Assembly (NCBI GenBank): GCA_019058275.1
Contig: JAHLVW010000066.1
Location: forward strand, 64,001-128,000
Origin: Candidatus Heimdallarchaeota archaeon
GTDB lineage: Archaea > Asgardarchaeota > Heimdallarchaeia > JABLTI01
Direction of reading: 5' to 3'
DNA: 64,000 nucleotides
This document shows, in pieces, positions 62,365-64,000 of this stretch. Made by a program: the position numbers and the translations under genes. Positions within the stretch are counted from its first letter, which is position 1; each line of letters begins with the position of its first letter. The notes under the pieces are model-generated. The model searched no databases. It was not told the DNA's origin and saw nothing but the letters and a program-made list of their open reading frames with translations.

Positions 62365-63294
62365 ATGACGAATCCTTGGATACGAATTATGCGACCATTC
62401 AATTGTTTTCTAATTACGATGTGTGCAATAGTAGGAATAATGGTTAGCAATCCTGAGGAATTTCTTTATGTGAATCAATTTCTCGATCATCTCCCTTCTT
62501 TAATAATGATTTTTATTGGTGGTTGGGCTCTAAGTGCTTCAGCAATGGTTTTGAATGACTATTTTGATATTGAAATAGATAGAATAAATGATCCAGATCG
62601 ACCTATTCCTTCTGGCCAAATAAAGCCAAAACAAGCATTGACATTCGGAATTATCTTGATAGTGATTGGTATCTTGATGGGAATTGGCATTGACTTGTAT
62701 GAACATTTTAAAGGTTTAGGATCCCAAATTGGCGTTTCAATGATTACTGCTGTTATTGGTGCATTTATGGCATCTCTCTATACTAAATATATGAAAAGAT
62801 ACTCAATTGTTGGAAATCTAGCAGTTTCTATTGGTGTTTGGTTGGGTTTCCTTTATGGCGATTTAGTTTTTGATTTTACACTTGAAGTTTTACCAGAATG
62901 TATGGCTGCATCAGCATTCTTTCTTAATTTTGGCAGAGAAGTTGCTAAAGGTATAATAGATGTTGAAGGTGATAGAGAAAATAAGGTAACTACTATTGCA
63001 ATTGCTTTAGGACCAAGATGGACAGCTATAATAGCTTCTGCAATTGTATTCTTAGCAATACCAACTTCAATTATTCCGGTTATCTTTGCAGGAGCAAGCT
63101 GGGTTTATCTAGGAACAATTATAGTAATTCAAGTATTAAGTTTGGTTACAATAATTTGGTTATTATCTGATCAAAGAGTTGAAACTGTTAAGAAAATTAA
63201 AACCTTAATACTATATGTGATGCTATTATCTTTGGTTTTTTTTACCCTAGAAGCATTTTTAGGTGGATTTGTTGTCCCACCTATTATTTCATAA
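62365..63294 (+). CDS. UbiA-family prenyltransferase, probably digeranylgeranylglyceryl-phosphate synthase
   Basis: MRPFN, NDYFDIEIDRINDPDRPIPSG, REVAKGIIDVEGD. Confidence 0.85.
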   Translation: MTNPWIRIMRPFNCFLITMCAIVGIMVSNPEEFLYVNQFLDHLPSLIMIFIGGWALSASAMVLNDYFDIEIDRINDPDRPIPSGQIKPKQALTFGIILIVIGILMGIGIDLYEHFKGLGSQIGVSMITAVIGAFMASLYTKYMKRYSIVGNLAVSIGVWLGFLYGDLVFDFTLEVLPECMAASAFFLNFGREVAKGIIDVEGDRENKVTTIAIALGPRWTAIIASAIVFLAIPTSIIPVIFAGASWVYLGTIIVIQVLSLVTIIWLLSDQRVETVKKIKTLILYVMLLSLVFFTLEAFLGGFVVPPIIS

Positions 63295-63317
63295 AAAAAG
63301 GATAAATTAGAGATGTA

Positions 63318-64000
63318 TTACATCTCTGTTGGTGACTTTGGATCTGGAGCACCTTCGATTACTGGAGGTTTACTTTCTGTTGTTTTTGAGAGTTTGCTTT
63401 CACAATATGTCAATCTTTGGTTTATCAAATCAAAAGCACGTGATAATTTGCTTAACTCTTCTTTGATTCCAATCATATCAACAGTATCCTCAACGATTTC
63501 TCCTCCTATGGTTCTAGTAGTTATAGTTTTACCTTCAAGCTGAGAGATTTTACCTTCTAATGCTTCTATAGCTGTTAGAATGGAAGGAACTCTGTCATCA
63601 CCTTTAGTAGCAGCTAAGGATTCCTCAATTTTGTCAAGTCTATCATTAATATTTGAAATTAATTCTTCTTCACCTTTATCATCATTTTTGACGATTTCAG
63701 ATTCAAGTCTAGCAACTCGCTCATTTTCTAATGATTCTAATCTTTGGGAAATTCCATTTATGCTCTCTTTAAGTTCCTCATTGACATTTTCAATAGTATT
63801 TTCTAGTAAGTCAATTTTTTGTTTGATTTCATCTAAATCTTCACTATCAACAACTTCCTCAGGAACAGGAGTAGTTATTGGTAAACTTCTTTCTGCTTCT
63901 GCGAATAATTGATCACAAACATTCTTCAGTGGATATTTATCTATGACCAAACGTGAGTTATTGAGCAACTCATTTGCAGCTTTATTGATGCCGTTTTTGG
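63318..64000 (-). CDS. Acidic coiled-coil protein, C-terminal part (start lies outside the window)
   Basis: Frame is open to the window edge; heptad-rich (RLESLE, RLDKIE, ALEGKI). Confidence 0.6.
   Translation of the reverse strand, partial: KNGINKAANELLNNSRLVIDKYPLKNVCDQLFAEAERSLPITTPVPEEVVDSEDLDEIKQKIDLLENTIENVNEELKESINGISQRLESLENERVARLESEIVKNDDKGEEELISNINDRLDKIEESLAATKGDDRVPSILTAIEALEGKISQLEGKTITTRTIGGEIVEDTVDMIGIKEELSKLSRAFDLINQRLTYCESKLSKTTESKPPVIEGAPDPKSPTEM

Noticed and set aside
3063-63912. Numerous short opposite-strand or alternative-frame ORFs in the track (e.g. 5603-5890, 27516-27983, 34411-34815, 63580-63912)
   Set aside because: They are shadows of well-supported genes and carry no motifs.

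Overview
AT-rich (roughly 30% GC by eye) archaeal chromosome segment, very probably from an Asgard archaeon (Heimdallarchaeia-like; the taxonomic call is inference). Archaeal core genes include Hef, aRF1, SecY, PolD small subunit, archease, DGGGP synthase, UppS, MptA and NpdG. Eukaryotic-signature-type genes include a gelsolin-domain protein, two Roadblock/LC7 proteins, membrane RING fingers and a PAC4-like protein. There are three tRNAs (Leu-CAA with a 59-nt BHB intron, Thr-GGT, Ser-TGA) and one complete IS481-family element with a 14-bp target duplication. The most notable items are: (1) a stand-alone, unannotated ~153-nt three-way-junction RNA at 53512-53664, with its own TATA box, twin upstream operators and a T-tract; (2) an 8-kb array of eight ATC-hydrolase/V4R-like Cys-containing domains of two subtypes, arranged around a wHTH regulator with phased TGTC-N7-GACA operators; (3) an intact bacillithiol operon bshC-bshB1-bshA in an archaeon; (4) a second GC-rich structured intergenic element upstream of archease; (5) an abrupt codon/GC shift in the 3' half of secY; and (6) about eight recently disrupted accessory genes while core genes stay intact. 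All family calls come from motif recognition by eye, not database searches.
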